Shown piece by piece: positions 26,393 through 40,300 of a stretch of 64,000 bases of DNA. The DNA is from Rhizophagus irregularis (taxonomy: Eukaryota). Both the position numbers and the translations under genes were made by a program. How positions within the stretch are numbered: position 1 is the stretch's first letter; every line of letters begins with the position of its first letter. The stretch covers positions 496,001-560,000 of the forward strand of contig NC_089431.1 of NCBI RefSeq assembly GCF_026210795.1, given 5' to 3'. Under the pieces are notes generated by a model, which saw only the letters and a list, made by a program, of their open reading frames with translations, searched no databases and was not told where the DNA came from.

Positions 26393-29300
26393 GATTATAT
26401 AGGAAAGATGTCATGTATAGACACCTATGTATGTAGTGTATAGTGATGTGCACTATACGATTGTTATGTGTATATATAAATGTATCCAGTGGCGCAGCAT
26501 ATGTTTCACCAGACACCAGTTGAACAGGCAAAAATTGTAGCACAGGGCCAGCATTACGGCATTATGCACGAACGCGTGAAAGTAAACAGTGGTGACAAAT
26601 AAGGATTTTACCTACTCAAAAAAAAATATAAACAGTGCTGATTGTAATGATTTAGATTTACCGTAGTAACACCACCAATTTTATAATTAAAATTTTACCC
26701 CACGTGACCGGTGACAGTTAAGGGGTTGTGAAAAAAATAATTTTGGAAGGCAAAAAAAAAACTGTCCCTCAGATAAATATAAACAGTGAAAACGCAGTGG
26801 GGTGTGATGCCGGTGATGAATATTATTAGGTCACGTGGGGTAAAAATTTGGTGGTAATACCTAGGGGTTACAATATGTAAATTACTATGAGTTAATAGTA
26901 AAATGCAACGGTACCCCATGTTTAAAGTGAAAGATCTACCAATAATCAATATAATCTATGAAAAAAAATGATAAATTGGTAATGACGAAATGTGAAACTA
27001 CACGAAAATATTTTTTTTTTTCAAAATATTCTGTTTATATTTTTTAAAATTTTGGATCGGCTGTTTGAAATACCTCAAAAACATATAAAATTTTATTACA
27101 CACTTAAAAATAATACATAATAAAAGAAGAAAAGGCTATTTTAAAACGTTTTACATAAAAATATTTAGTATATACTTATTGAAATCTCGAAAAAAAAAGG
27201 ATGTAATTTTAACTTTCTTTATAAAAGAGCAAAAAACATATAAAATTAAGAACAAAGCAACCAGTGGTCTAATTTTAATAAAAAAACTTCGCCTATATAG
27301 AGCTAGCATATATAACCTTGACTTCTGAGATCGGCTGCTTTTCTATGCGTACGCATCAAAAAAATAAAAAAAAGTAAAAAATTTGCGCAATTTTATAGTA
27401 GATTTCGATTGTGTAACCAATTTATGGTGGCGACAGTTCTGGTTATTATTGATCAGTCTGTGTAACCTAAAGTTGTCTCCCGTTAATTTATCTAACCCCT
27501 TTATTTTTATTTTTATTTTTAAAACCACGTGAACTAGATTACAGAAAGATAGACAAGAACAAAAGATAAAACAAAAGTCAAACGCTATCTGATACTAAGC
27601 TATAATCAAACCGCCCGAGGACAGCGCCACTCTGGTACTTTTAACGAATCTGGAGGAGTCCCTAACATGACATCACATCCCAAATAACCAAAGTAAAGGC
27701 AATCTGAACTAAGGAGAGAAGTAAAGATCCGTATTTTCTTTTGGTCATAAAAGACCGCCACCTGTCAATACTGTCATAGGTGGAGTGGTTCACACTATTC
27801 TAATTGTTGTACGTTGTTATAAATTGTGTACGTGGGGTTACCCAAAAAAAAGATGTAATAAAATACAAGTCAAAAAAAGATAAAAAGTAGCTAAAATCGA
27901 TGTAAATCTATAACTATCAGCGCGCTACCAAAAAAAAAGAAAGCTGATAGGTGTATCCTAAAGGAGTTAGAGCGAAGGGAAGACTTTCGAGTCTTTCGGA
28001 GACTGCGAAATATCCAGTCTCAATTTCTTGATGTGAATTTCATCCGTAATCAAGATAGGAGGACGTTTGTGTGGCCTGAGTTCGAGTTGTTTTGTGTCGT
28101 CGGATGTATATCCTTTATAATGATAATGAGGTGCATTATCGTCCATGACTGAAAAATAGTCGATTTGGAAAGAACCTAATTCCTGTTCTAATTGAAGTAA
28201 TTGTTTATTAGATTTATAAACATTTTTTCTTTGTTTAATTCTGTTTTCAAGGACGGCACGACGCTCAATCAGAGGCGTGATTTTCTTGTGATAATGATCT
28301 TGAAAATTAGTGAGATCTTTCGTCATATCTTCATGAAATTCTATACGGTTGGAGGAGGTACCCCAGAGCTTAGCTCTGGCAGAGAGTTCTTTTTCATGGG
28401 CAAGACGTGCAATTTCACTTGCTTCTCGGTCTTTTTCTTGTTGTAAAGCTAGTTCATGAGCTTCTTTACGTTTTTTAATACCGTTTAACCAATACACACT
28501 ACCTGGTGTGTATTGTTAACCTTTAAGTTTTGCCTGTCTTTTAGAAATGTAAACAGGTTCATCAGTTACATAAGGGAAGAGGTCGTTAGGAATCCAAATG
28601 CCCAGCTTGTCATGCCAAATGTTCTCGTCTTTAACGAGAGCGGGTTGTAAGGTATTGGCAGGCGAGCTAATATTTGATGTTCTAATCGAATCATTCCCTG
28701 GACGGGGTTGAAGGGGTGGGTCAAGTTTGATTACGGTAGCAAATGCACCTTGAGTCTTAATGGGATCTGGAGGTATATAAAAATTGTAATATTCCTCATC
28801 TCTGAGTACTTCTTTCTTGTGATATTTCAAATGTTGTATAGGTTTGTTGATATGTTGTGAAGGTAGAAATAAAAATCGATGTTGAGTGGCACGGTGAAGT
28901 TTTTCTTCAAGACTATCCACACGTTTCTGTAATTTCTTCTTGTTATTACTACGATTGTAGAAAACAGATCTACATGCCCGCTGAAAGCGGGCTTTTTGTT
29001 TTTTACTCCTTTTACTACTATCGGAGTGGTGTGAGCAGAAATTATCCAATCGTTTACGGTACATACGACGGTCCCTGTATTTGTAAAAAGATTCGTATCC
29101 GTTTGCTAAATATGAGACGTCATAGGAAATTCCTAGACGATTTGAGTGAATGTGTTTTATGACATTATAATGCCATCGGTGATAAGTATAGTTTGCATGA
29201 AACCGTTTGTTATTAATGGTATTATTATTTTGAACCAGGGTGTGTTTCTTGATATTATGAAAAATATCTAAATTTTTTTGATGAGAAACACAGGCACGTC

Positions 29301-30529
29301 TATTGTGAGACATGATGAAAGGGGAGGGGACACTACACAACTGTGTGTGTTCAGTTCCAAAATTATAAATAGTGGAAAATTACATGGTATAAAAATACCG
29401 AAATAAAAATGATAACGTTTATAAGAGAAATTAAAGAAAGTTTTTGTGCGGGAATTTCTTTGTGTGATACTGTCAGCACGTGATTTGATAATGAAATATC
29501 TATCGAGTAATTTGGAACGAATAAGATTAAAATATCTTTTTTGAATAGAGCGTGGGATGACTTTTTGATGAGAAAAAAAATGTTGTAACATCTTACTAAT
29601 CTGATATTTCAGATTAGGAAAGCTACAGGTGGAAGAGTAGCTAATAGGGATTGATTTCATGTGATAATCATTTGTGTGTATTTTAAGATGAATATCATTG
29701 GTGTTTGCTGAAGAATCAGCTAACTCAAAAAAGAAACTTTTTGATCTTCTGATTTCGTAAATCTTGTTACATCCAGCCCGATTGGGTCTAGTCACGTGAA
29801 ATTTATTGAATGAGACGTCGAAAGAGAATTTTCCCAAAGGAATAAGTTTATTAAAAGTAAAAACCATATTTTTCAATATGTTTTGAAATATGAAGTAAAA
29901 TATTGTAAAAACTTCTTTCAGAGGTCGGGTGATAAGGAGAAGAACCTTTCCATAAGAGGCCACCCAGTGGTCCTCTGTCTTCTCGAGCGTTAACAAACGT
30001 AAAAAATGTGTAAATAAAAAAAAAACAGTAATTAACTGCGGATTTCTATGTAAAAAATGGAAAGGGGGAAAGAGTTCTTAATTTATCTAACCCCTAGGTA
30101 ATACTGGGGAAGATGATGATTTAGAGGTATGTCACGTGATGGATAAATTTGCCGGTGTAACAGTTACTGCGGCTGCGCCTTATCATTTGTATTTATGTGT
30201 TTGGTCTCTTATTTCTTTCATACGTACGTACGTTTTGATTTAATTAGTATCATTTATTTGCCATGTATGTACATACAGTACACTCAGTGCAACCATACGT
30301 AGGGTACGAATCACGTATGGTACGACGGAAACATGTCATGTATAGAGGCCTATGTATGTCTGTATAGTGATCAACGTACGGTATGTATGGGGTGATGTAT
30401 ACCGGACGTTGCCATACATTGACCACTATACGTACATACATAGCTCACCATACGCTACATGTTTTCTATATAATCCCATACGTACATAGCTAAAGATCAC
30501 CATACACTACACACAAGGGTCTCTATACA
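26393..30529. mobile_element. 4.1-kb unclassified insertion with 10-bp TSD
   Basis: ctgattggta at 26383-26392 and 30530-30539; empty single-copy sites in paralogous units at 43533, 47859 and 53547; mixed direct and inverted terminal repeats. Confidence 0.92.
27967..29867 (-). pseudogene. Basic, His/Arg/Lys-rich protein of unknown function carried by the 4.1-kb element; one frameshift and one in-frame stop
   Basis: ORF 29268-29996 (first ATG 29867) overlaps the frame of ORF 28516-29340 from ~29379. ORF 27967-28497 is in frame with the latter across a single TAA. No RT, DDE, YR or HUH motif recognised. Confidence 0.65.
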
Positions 30530-30786
30530 CTGATTGGTATGGATTGTAGCCTCAGGAAGTGCATGATGGCATGATGCATGTGCATATTTTTGTATACATT
30601 TAGCTCTATAAATTAACTTTACGTCTTTACGTTCACTAAATTTGTTCTAATAATTTCATTTATTATAAAGTAAATAACAGTACTCCGCATATAACTAAAA
30701 TTACTGTAATTAACACATTTATTTCGTAATTTACAAGTATAGAATCGTTAAAAAAGATATTCAAAAAAAAGTCAAGAAATACTAAT

Positions 30787-32340
30787 ATGGAAATTTTGAA
30801 TAAAACATCTAAAGAAAAGCCAAGAAATTTATGGAAACAAGTTGATTGGGATAAATATCAGGTAAACGCAATTTCACTTTATAATTTAAATATTATGATT
30901 TAAATAATAAATAAAATATATTTTAATTATTTATTTAGACTCATGTTACTGTTTCTTCTATTAATTCTGCCACTAAATCAGAAGAGATTGATGATAGTGT
31001 AATTTATATGGACGATATAGAAAAAAGAAAAGAAGTATATGGTATATGTGGAGAATGTAACGAACCTGGCACAGGACATTATTGGTGTCAACCTTGTAAT
31101 GCAAAAAGATTTGAAGAAAATTTTAAAAATTGGACTAGTGGAAATAAAGATATTGATGAATTAATACAACATTCACAACTTAATGCTGTAATATATACAA
31201 AATGTCTTGAATGGATACCTTTTGAAAAATTTCAAAATGTCACTTATATTACCAGAGGAGGCTTTGGTAAAATTTATTCAGCCGAATGGCCTGAAGGATT
31301 TATTCTTAACTGGGATATTGAAAATAAAATATGGAATCGATACACAGACAGAAAAGTTGCATTAAAAAGCTTGGATAATTCTTCTGAAATTAGTAAAGAT
31401 TTTTTAAATGAGGTAACTGAATAAAAAAATTAATTTATCATGTTATATTTAAATCGACATCATTATAATTTTTATTAAATTTTGTTTTTTTAATTTTAAT
31501 TATTAGATCAAATCTTATCTTCAGATTTATATTCGGGATGTTATTTACTGCTATGGAATAACTCAAGATTCAAATACCAAAGATTATATGATGGTTTTAC
31601 ATTATTGTGAAAATGGAAATTTAAGAAATTACTATCTTAATTCTAATGATGATACGAAACTTTATGATTTATCAAGAATTGCAAATGGACTGTTAGATAT
31701 CCATAATGCTGAAAAATTCCATAAAGACTTACATTCAGGTAATATATTGGAAGGTGGGACTATGTATATAAATGATTTAGGAATGTGTCAACCAGCAAAT
31801 AAACAAATAGTTAAAGAAGAAGGAATTTATGGAGTATTACCATATATGGCACCAGAAGTTTTACGTGGATATCAATATACAAAAGCAGCTGATATTTATT
31901 CATTTGGAATAATTATGAATGAGTTCCTTTCTGAAGAAATTCCTTTTAATGATATTCCTCATGATCATATTTTAACTATTGCAATATGTAAAGGACTTAG
32001 ACCTAAAATTTCTGAACATATTCCAAAATTTCTTGTAGATTTAATTATGAAATGTTGGGATGCTAAAGCAGAAAATAGACCAACTGCTAATGAATTGTAT
32101 CAAATGTTAAAGAAATGTAATGAAACAAACAAGTATTATTCTCAAATGAGGAAATATGGTGATAAAATTAGAGAAAAAAAATTGGAAAACAAATTAAATG
32201 AAAATAAGTCTGAAAGTATTAAAACTCATCCTCAAGCAATCTATACCAGTAGACTTTTAAGTTTTAAAAATCTTTCAGAACCTGTAAATTCATCAGATTT
32301 AACATCTTTACAAATTAATTCAGGTAAATTTTCAATTTAA
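30787..32340 (+). CDS. TKL kinase K3
   Basis: Exons 30787-30861, 30939-~31412, ~31507-32323. GGFGKIY, VALK, HKDLHSGN, NDLG, APE. Downstream tail micro-exons (to ~32673) are damaged, so the true end is uncertain. Confidence 0.9.
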
Positions 32341-33162
32341 TTAGTTATGAAAAAATCTTATTCAAGTTTTAATAAAATCAACTTTTTTTTAATAATAGAT
32401 GATGCCCCATCAGTATCAACAAATCTAAGTAAGTATAACCATTAATACTTTTTTTATTATAAATTTATATTTTTATTTTTAATAATAACATTATTTTATT
32501 GTTTATTTTAAAGTTTCAGAATGTTTTGGTTGTAAAATTCAGCGAATCAGGTAAAATAATTTATTTGGAGTGATTTATTATTTTATTAATAGCTTCCCGT
32601 TCAATTTGTCTAATTTTATTTAATTATTACTAATAATATATCTCAATGAAATTAATCAGGAAGATAATTTGAATGATGAGTTTTAAATTATAGTTGGCTT
32701 TTTCAAGAATAGTCAGAATATTATTTAAAAAGATAATATTTAAAAATTTTTATTTAACTTAGTTCATATTTTTATTTACTTTTTTATATCTTGGTGGAAA
32801 TTTTTATGGTGAATGTCATTTTGATATCATGTTAAAAAATATAATAAAAAATTCTTAGGTTAGCTTGTCTATTAATCATTAAGAAAGCTTAAAATTGATT
32901 CTTTATTAGTTATTTATTTTTATATTTATTATTAGCCTTTTTTTTTTATCTAAATAAGTTTTTAAATAAAAATTTTTTTTTTATTTTAAAGTTATTTAAT
33001 ATTTTAATTGATCAATCTAAAATTATTTTTGAAGTGAGTTAAAAAAAAATCATATATTTTCTTTCATGAAATAAGAAACTGCAATCGTATCTGCAGCAGT
33101 AATTTCTCCAGAAAAATATTAATATAGTTCCTTTTATTTCTTTCCATTTTCCAATACAATAA

Positions 33163-33827
33163 CACCAGGAAGTTTTTGCCATTTAAAATCTGCAGAGAAT
33201 TCTACGTGGAACCATCATGGAAATTCCAAGTGGAACCAATATTTTCCGAATATCCTGTGACGAAACATGTGGAATGGATTCACAGAGTTCAAGGTCGTCA
33301 AACGTGGATTTGATATCGGGTGATTTGCAAAATATTAAAAAATATTTAAATTATATTAATTATATTTATTTTTACTCACCTTAGGAACCCTTGACTTATA
33401 CTATTAATATGCCAATCTCACGATCTAATTACTGTACTATTTAATTTTTTTTAATAATTACCTAGATTATATCTTATATTTATTCTTGAGCCGCAAAAAA
33501 ATATTTATTATATAATAAAAAGGCATGTTCTATATTCTTTATATTTTAATTTATATTAGTATGTTTTTTAACTAGCACTATTATACTGTGTTATCTTGAA
33601 CTCCGCAGTAATATCTGCGGATGAATCCCTTATTCTTCTAAAGAATTCTATGAATTTCCAATGAAATTTACGATATACGAAAATTCAGGAATCCACATAT
33701 TTCTATTATGAAATATGTGGTTTTGTGCGGATACTTGTCCACACAATTTAATGTGTAGAATTCCACGTATTTCCGAACTAACCTACGTGGTTTTTGGTGG
33801 ATCGATCTAGTACCTAAAAATTTCCTG
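33163..33827. mobile_element. Degenerate MITE-like insertion
   Basis: Ends caggaagttttt / aaaaatttcctg; repeated acgtgga/tccac subterminal motifs; absent from paralogous flanks at ~46203 and ~56295. Confidence 0.55.
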
Positions 33828-34149
33828 AATAAATTTAATAGAATACATGTTCACAATTTTTATAGGAAATTGACCGAAATTCGACCCAGCTAAGAATTTT
33901 TAAGAGAATAAAATTCGCAATTTTCTTCACACAATTGTTGTGAAAGAAAAAAAATTCTAAATAGTAAATATGATAATTTTGATTCATTAATTCGAGAATA
34001 TTTCATAATATTGTTTCTAAAATTAAATTATAGAAAGGGCGAAATATATATATACGGTTTAATATGATTAGTATTCTAAAAAATAAAAAAGGATCTTAAG
34101 ATGAAATATAATTAATTAATTACCTATTATAATTTAAATTAGATAAAAT

Positions 34150-35502
34150 TCTCATAAAAGTTAAGATGAACAAATCACTATTTTGATGGTAGATTCTTAA
34201 AAGTATATATGATTTTATTTAGATGAATTATTCAAAATAATTAGTATAAATAAAATAAATGCTTAACCTGTTAATTTGAATAAGAGCGGAAATAAAGAAT
34301 ATAATCCAGATACTGTAAGTATTATATAAGAACGGAAAAGTGCATATTTGCTGATATCAAACTGAAATATATACATTATTAAATATGTTAAATTGCCAAA
34401 CAGATATGATAAAAATATAATTTTACCCATAACTAATAAGATTGCTTTTTCGTGAACATGTCATCCGAATAGAAAAGAAGAATATCCGTTTAATATTAAT
34501 GATACGAGAAAATTTTTGTAACTTGGATGCTTCCCACGATTTAACAAGAGATATCTGTTTTAAAAAAAATAATTGGTTCATCGGATTTTAAAATTTACCG
34601 AGATTCAAGACTTACAAAATTTTCTTACCATTTGAAGAATCAAAATAAGAATGAATGTGTGATTTGCTTTAACTTGTGGTAATAATGCGGAATTAACATC
34701 CTCAATTAATCCACTTGTAATTGAACCAATTGCCGATTCATTTAACGTCCATCCGAGAAGTTTTGCAACTATATAATGAGAATTAGCAAATTAAATATTC
34801 ATTACGTAAACGTATTATATTATATAAATAATGTATTTACAAACGATCAGCCGCGGAATACAAAGCCCAAAAATTCGGTGCCCAGTACGCATGACAAAAC
34901 CTCCTTTTAAAAAGAAATAAACGAGAAAGAACTTGACCCAATTGTCTCATAATAATAAAAGGTCCAAATGAAAGTAAAAATATTATAATGACAGAAACAC
35001 CAAGAAAAAAAAAAATGTCTTAACGAAAACGTTTTTGTGCCTAAATAACATTTTCGATGATTAACAATATGATGATCTCAGTAAAGTTAAAAAGAATAAA
35101 ATATTTATTGTATAAATTAGTACCTTATTGAGATTTCTTGAAAACAATAATGTCTCAATAGAATTACGAAATACGCAGGGACAAGATAAAGAAAAATGTG
35201 TTTAAAATTAATAAGATTATTTTCCTTAAATATTAAATTCACGATATAAAAAAAAATTGACTTAATTTTCCAATACTTGTAATTACTGTCGCACGTTGAA
35301 AATAATTTAAATTATCCACTCTAAGTATTTCTTTGTCGGCTAATGATGCGAATTGTGATAAGATTCATTCGAACCATACGAGAAATGGAGGATAATCTAA
35401 TGTTCATTCACTCATATCTTCATAATACCATTTTGATATTGGTAAGCTATGTGTTAATAGCAATCCAATTCTGATGAACTTCAAAATCTGTTGAACGACT
35501 TG
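34150..35502 (-). pseudogene. ALG8: ALG8 alpha-1,3-glucosyltransferase pseudogene (intron-containing, internally deleted)
   Basis: Minus strand gives [68 protein letters not shown] and GYSSFLFG*HVHEK, with stops and frameshifts. Confidence 0.88.
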
Positions 35503-36199
35503 TAAAGAGAATAAACAAATTAAATTGAAAATCATAAAAGTTCACAATTTAATTTAATTTAGCTTAATAATAACTTAACAAATATACTAAAAATTATCAA
35601 ATCTTTTAACATAGTTATAATTAAAAACATAGGCGTAAAATTATTTCTGTCAGAACTTAAATTGATATACATGCTTGGAATCAATATAAACTTTTTAGGA
35701 CATAAAAATTAATTAGATTTCACAAACCAAAAGTTTTCCAGATTAACATATTTATTTTGATTAACTGAATCATTTAATGTACAAAATAAAAATTTGATAC
35801 ACACCAATTATGCTTAGATTTATTTTTGCAATGTAGCTTTTTTTACAAAAGTTCCAAATAAGCATACTATTAACTAGAGTACTAAGCCTAACCTAACCTA
35901 ATCTCTGCAGAACCAACATTTTATGCAGAATGCGTAAAAATAAAAATTCTCCATACTTTAAAACCAATATAATTAAACTGTCCTTCACCCTCTCTAAATA
36001 CAACTATAAGTACTAAATTCGGTACTCAATATTAATACTTAATTATTAACACTATATAATAAAAGTTTAATTAAATTAAATTGTCTAAAATGAATATTAA
36101 AGAAAAATTAACGACAATAATTATTTTGTTTTTTACCCTACCGAAACAATCAAATTTAGTTTTTTAGATTATTTATCTCCATGATATCCGGAATCCTCT

Positions 36200-37340
36200 C
36201 CGAATCCTTACTTTTGATCTTTGTAGTTTTATTTAATTCTGAGAAAGGTGCAGTTCTAGATAACCATGTTAGTGCTTCAACTCGACTATGTTCTCCTAGG
36301 ACCAGAAAATATATATATAAGGAGTTTTGCGTATTTTAAACTAAAAAAATCATGAAAATATTTCCTTTTTTAGATAATTTTGGATAATGCCAGTCAGAAT
36401 TTTATTTCCTATTATAGTAACTGACTGATATTAGTTATCATAATTCTGGCCCTGAAAAAATGTACAGATAGTAAAAAATTTTTCATCACCTGACCTATCT
36501 ATATATATTTCTGGGTCCTGTTGTTCTGCTCTACTTTTAGGCCTTGAACTTGATCCACTTATCCCATGAACTTGTTCTACTATGACCTGACGTCCTGACG
36601 CGCTTCTATTATTTTTCTCAGAAAAGTAAATTGCATCATCAAATTCTGATGTTCCTCCCAATTAAATACCCTATCATCCAGCCAGTCTATTGGTGGAATA
36701 AACTCTTAGAAGATGTAAGTATTGCGGTACGCTCTACTGTCTGGGCTATTCTTTCAGCATCAAATCGTGATAAATTTGTGGTGCCGATTCATTAATAAGA
36801 TTAGTAATATCGGTTGACAGTTGTTCACGAACTGTGCGTAATTTTTTAGAAGATTTGGCCCATGGAAGTAATGACAGGAAAAGTGGATGAATTGATCTAA
36901 GTATAATATCAATAAGTATTATTTCCTTTGTTTAAAAGTACTAATTAGGTACATAAGAATATTACCAATATTACTTGTAAATATCAATTCCGCTTTCATA
37001 CAATCTAATCGTTACATAGCTTCCCGTAACTAAAATGCAAAAAGTCGATATAGGAGCAAAAACTTTCCATTTTAATATCCATTTACATTTAAATGAAATG
37101 AGTACTACAATGAATGTATAGAAGCCATAAAGGGTTGGTGTAACAACAAGAGCAACTAGTAATTTCCACGTCGCAAGCACATCACGTCCGGCCACTTTGA
37201 CTGACGATCCACGAACAGCTTCTGTTTGATTATAAAATATAATTAGTATATAAAATAAATAAATCAAATTTAATTTATTAACATAAAAAAAACCTTTGGC
37301 TTTTTTTGCGCTAATTTACGCACAATTATTACGAGTGGTA
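36200..37340 (-). pseudogene. 3' fragment of fungal glycerol-3-phosphate O-acyltransferase (Sct1/Gpt2 type)
   Basis: EAVRGSSVKVAGRDVLATWKLLVALVVTPTLY, then SIHPLFLSLLPW..LREQLS-like exon with a frameshift and DWLDDRVFNW; no N-terminal acyltransferase domain upstream. Confidence 0.78.
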
Positions 37341-40300
37341 GGTTTCAATATTTATTATTTTTATTTATTTTATCCATTAAACCAAATCTTTAATATACTA
37401 CACATCATATGTTTCATTTTCTTTAATAATTAGATCACGATCCTTTAAGTGTTAATGAGAAAATTTTATTATTAGACGAGTCCGTAATTGTCAAATTTGA
37501 TCTAGTATTATTCATTGGAAATATATAATTGATGAATTAGTAAGAAAATTTGGCAAACTTCGTTCTGAGAATAAAATCAAATATTTTTGAAATTCAACTA
37601 ACTCCTTTAGGAAAAGAAGGACAACTAAGGATGACGGAAAAGAGCGAAAACAAATAGAAAATAGAATTAGCGTTCAGGTATTGATCGTGATAGATGTCCT
37701 TATGTTTTTTTTTGACTTCGGATTTCGGATGACACAAAAAAACAATATCCCTACTCAAATATAATGAGTATTATAATTATATGTCTGACGAAAGATCAAA
37801 ATATTAGTGAATAAAAATTACCAAAAGTTTTTATAATTTTTTCTTTATTATTTTTGTTATTTTTTATTATCATTTATTTAAATTAACGACATTACAATTA
37901 AGCGGTCAAACGAAAAAACGTCCAATCCAAAATTTCAGTTAAAATGTCTTATTCACTTCAAAATTATTTTCATGTTTAAGAGAAATAAATATTATTACAG
38001 AATACTATACAATTGCATTATTTATCTAATCAAGATTGAACAAAAGACATTTATATATATATATTTTTTATTATTATTTCACTTTTTTTTTATCAATGAT
38101 CCTTGTCTGATATTGCTTTAAAAATATTTGCAAATTTTATTACAATTTTTGTCTTTAAAAATTTACTAAATATTATTTAGATCATATCTACAATTTAAAT
38201 CATCAAAAGATTTGATTCTACTTGTTACCGATACTAATTTTTCAAATTCTTCTATATTGAATTTATTTATTGGATTTAAAGATTTCAGAGGAGCTTTCTT
38301 GTCTTTCTTTATTTTATTAACTAACCGCGTGGTAAAATTCCACTACAAGTATTTCGAATTTCGATGCTTACTATTATACATTCATAAATGGTATCATTTT
38401 TTTTAAAAAAGAACAAATGGACATATTACGATTTAATTTTATTTTCTCAACTTTATTGAAGAGATTATTTGAATTTAGATATTGTAATTATTTTTGAGCT
38501 TAGAAATTTAGTTTATATTTATTTGATAATTACAGTAACTGTATAAAAAAATTTCGGGGCGTGACTGGCGTGACTAAAGAGGGTTTTTTTTTAAGTAACT
38601 TATTTTTATATAACTATTTCTTTTTCTTCTTTTTTTACTAAGATTGATTAATTAAAAAGATACTAAGTTTAAAAGGTATTTATTTTTAAGAAACGAAAAC
38701 AAATATTTCAATTACCGACTATGAATTAGCTTCGTCTCACTAACATGAACATAACTATTATTTTTTGTTTTCTGCAAAAGAAAAACATATCTTTAAATAA
38801 AGTAATCTCTTTAAAAAAAAATAAGATTGATATTTATTATAATACATACTTCCGAAATTTTACTTAAATCCTTATATAAATGATCTAATATTTAAAGAAT
38901 TGAACGAGTTGAATTTTACGTATATTTAGAGAAATAGCAATATTTGAAATATAATGTCAAAATTTTAGTTTATAAAGCAAGTTTACTGTTGTTTACCTTG
39001 ATTCTGAGACATTTTCTATGGCTTGTGTGAGTTTATTTTTTTTTGTTGTTTAAATTTATATTTTCAAAAAACGAAATATAAATATTTTGTATCAAGTAAA
39101 AAAGAAGAGTATATATATATGTTTTGAAATTTGGCGCACGTATATTGTATGGTAAAATAAAGAATGTCTAAAAGGAAAGGCAGAATGAAGGGATTACTAA
39201 AAAGGAAAAAATAAAAGGATTGCTTGATTAAGAATTCTTACAATGAAAATAATGAAAATTAAAAAATGGAAAGAAAACAAACAGTTATCCGGAGATAATA
39301 TCCGAACCGGCAGAAAATTCATAATGCCGGCCGGAATTAAAATCATAAATTTTGAGTATATTTGTATATCACAAAATGCCAGAATTCTGGCCTACATCAT
39401 AAATTCGACCCGAATTACTGCCGATCATTAACGAATAATCATTAGCTTAGAGAAAAAAGAATGCTGAAAAGTTTGTGCAATATGTTTAATTTTGATTGTG
39501 GTGATTATACTAACCAAGAAATTCAATATATGGTTAGTTGCCTAGACTTTTCCTAGTTTAAACTTAGGAATATGCCAAATTTTATGCGTTGTATCCACAG
39601 CCAGCTTTACGGATGGTAGGTTAATATATATTGGAAAAAAAATTCCTTTTATCTTTTATCTTTAGTTATTTAATTAAAATAATTAGAAAGATACACAGCG
39701 CCATTGGCTTCTTTATTAATTTTAGTTACTATTATTCCATCTTTTTAGGTTTATCTAGATTAAAACAATAATAATTATAATCTTAGCTTTTATAAATAAA
39801 TTGATTTTAATTCAGTGATTTTCCGTGATATGGTGACTGCGCCTGGTCACACATTTCGAAATTGTTAGGAAAAAATTTCTATAAAATTTTAAAGTTTAAA
39901 TATTAGAGATTATTTTTATAGATAATAAGTTAATTTGTTTATTTTGTAAAAAAAAAATTACTAAATTTGTTAGATGTGCCTATTAAAATTTCATTCATAC
40001 AATAGGTAGATAAAATATTTCTTTTCCATAATAATTTTATGCAAATTTTTTTACAAAGTTACAAATACAGTATGTCATGTACGTTATTATTTCCAAATAT
40101 ACGTGAAGATAATTCTCTCAGAAAATTTTTTCATAATACTATAAACCACATTTATTAATGAATATGCCAACTTTGATTCTTGATTCTACCCTAGCTAAAA
40201 TTAAAATCTTTTAACAATAAACCTACTTGATAGATTACATAATTATTATCTTAAGTTTAATGTAATAAAATATTGAGCTTAAAACGTGATGTGATTTTTC

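Noticed and set aside
27606..27761. Possible extra minus-strand exon (VAVFYDQKK..CPRAV*) after a cag acceptor in the 4.1-kb element
   Set aside because: No convincing upstream donor identified; a 51-codon open frame can arise by chance.
34150..35502. TGA=Trp alternative code in ALG8
   Set aside because: The same sequence has TGG Trp codons and frameshifts, and neighbouring genes use TGA as stop; it is a pseudogene.
35885..35902. cctaa x3 telomere-like repeat
   Set aside because: Too short and isolated.
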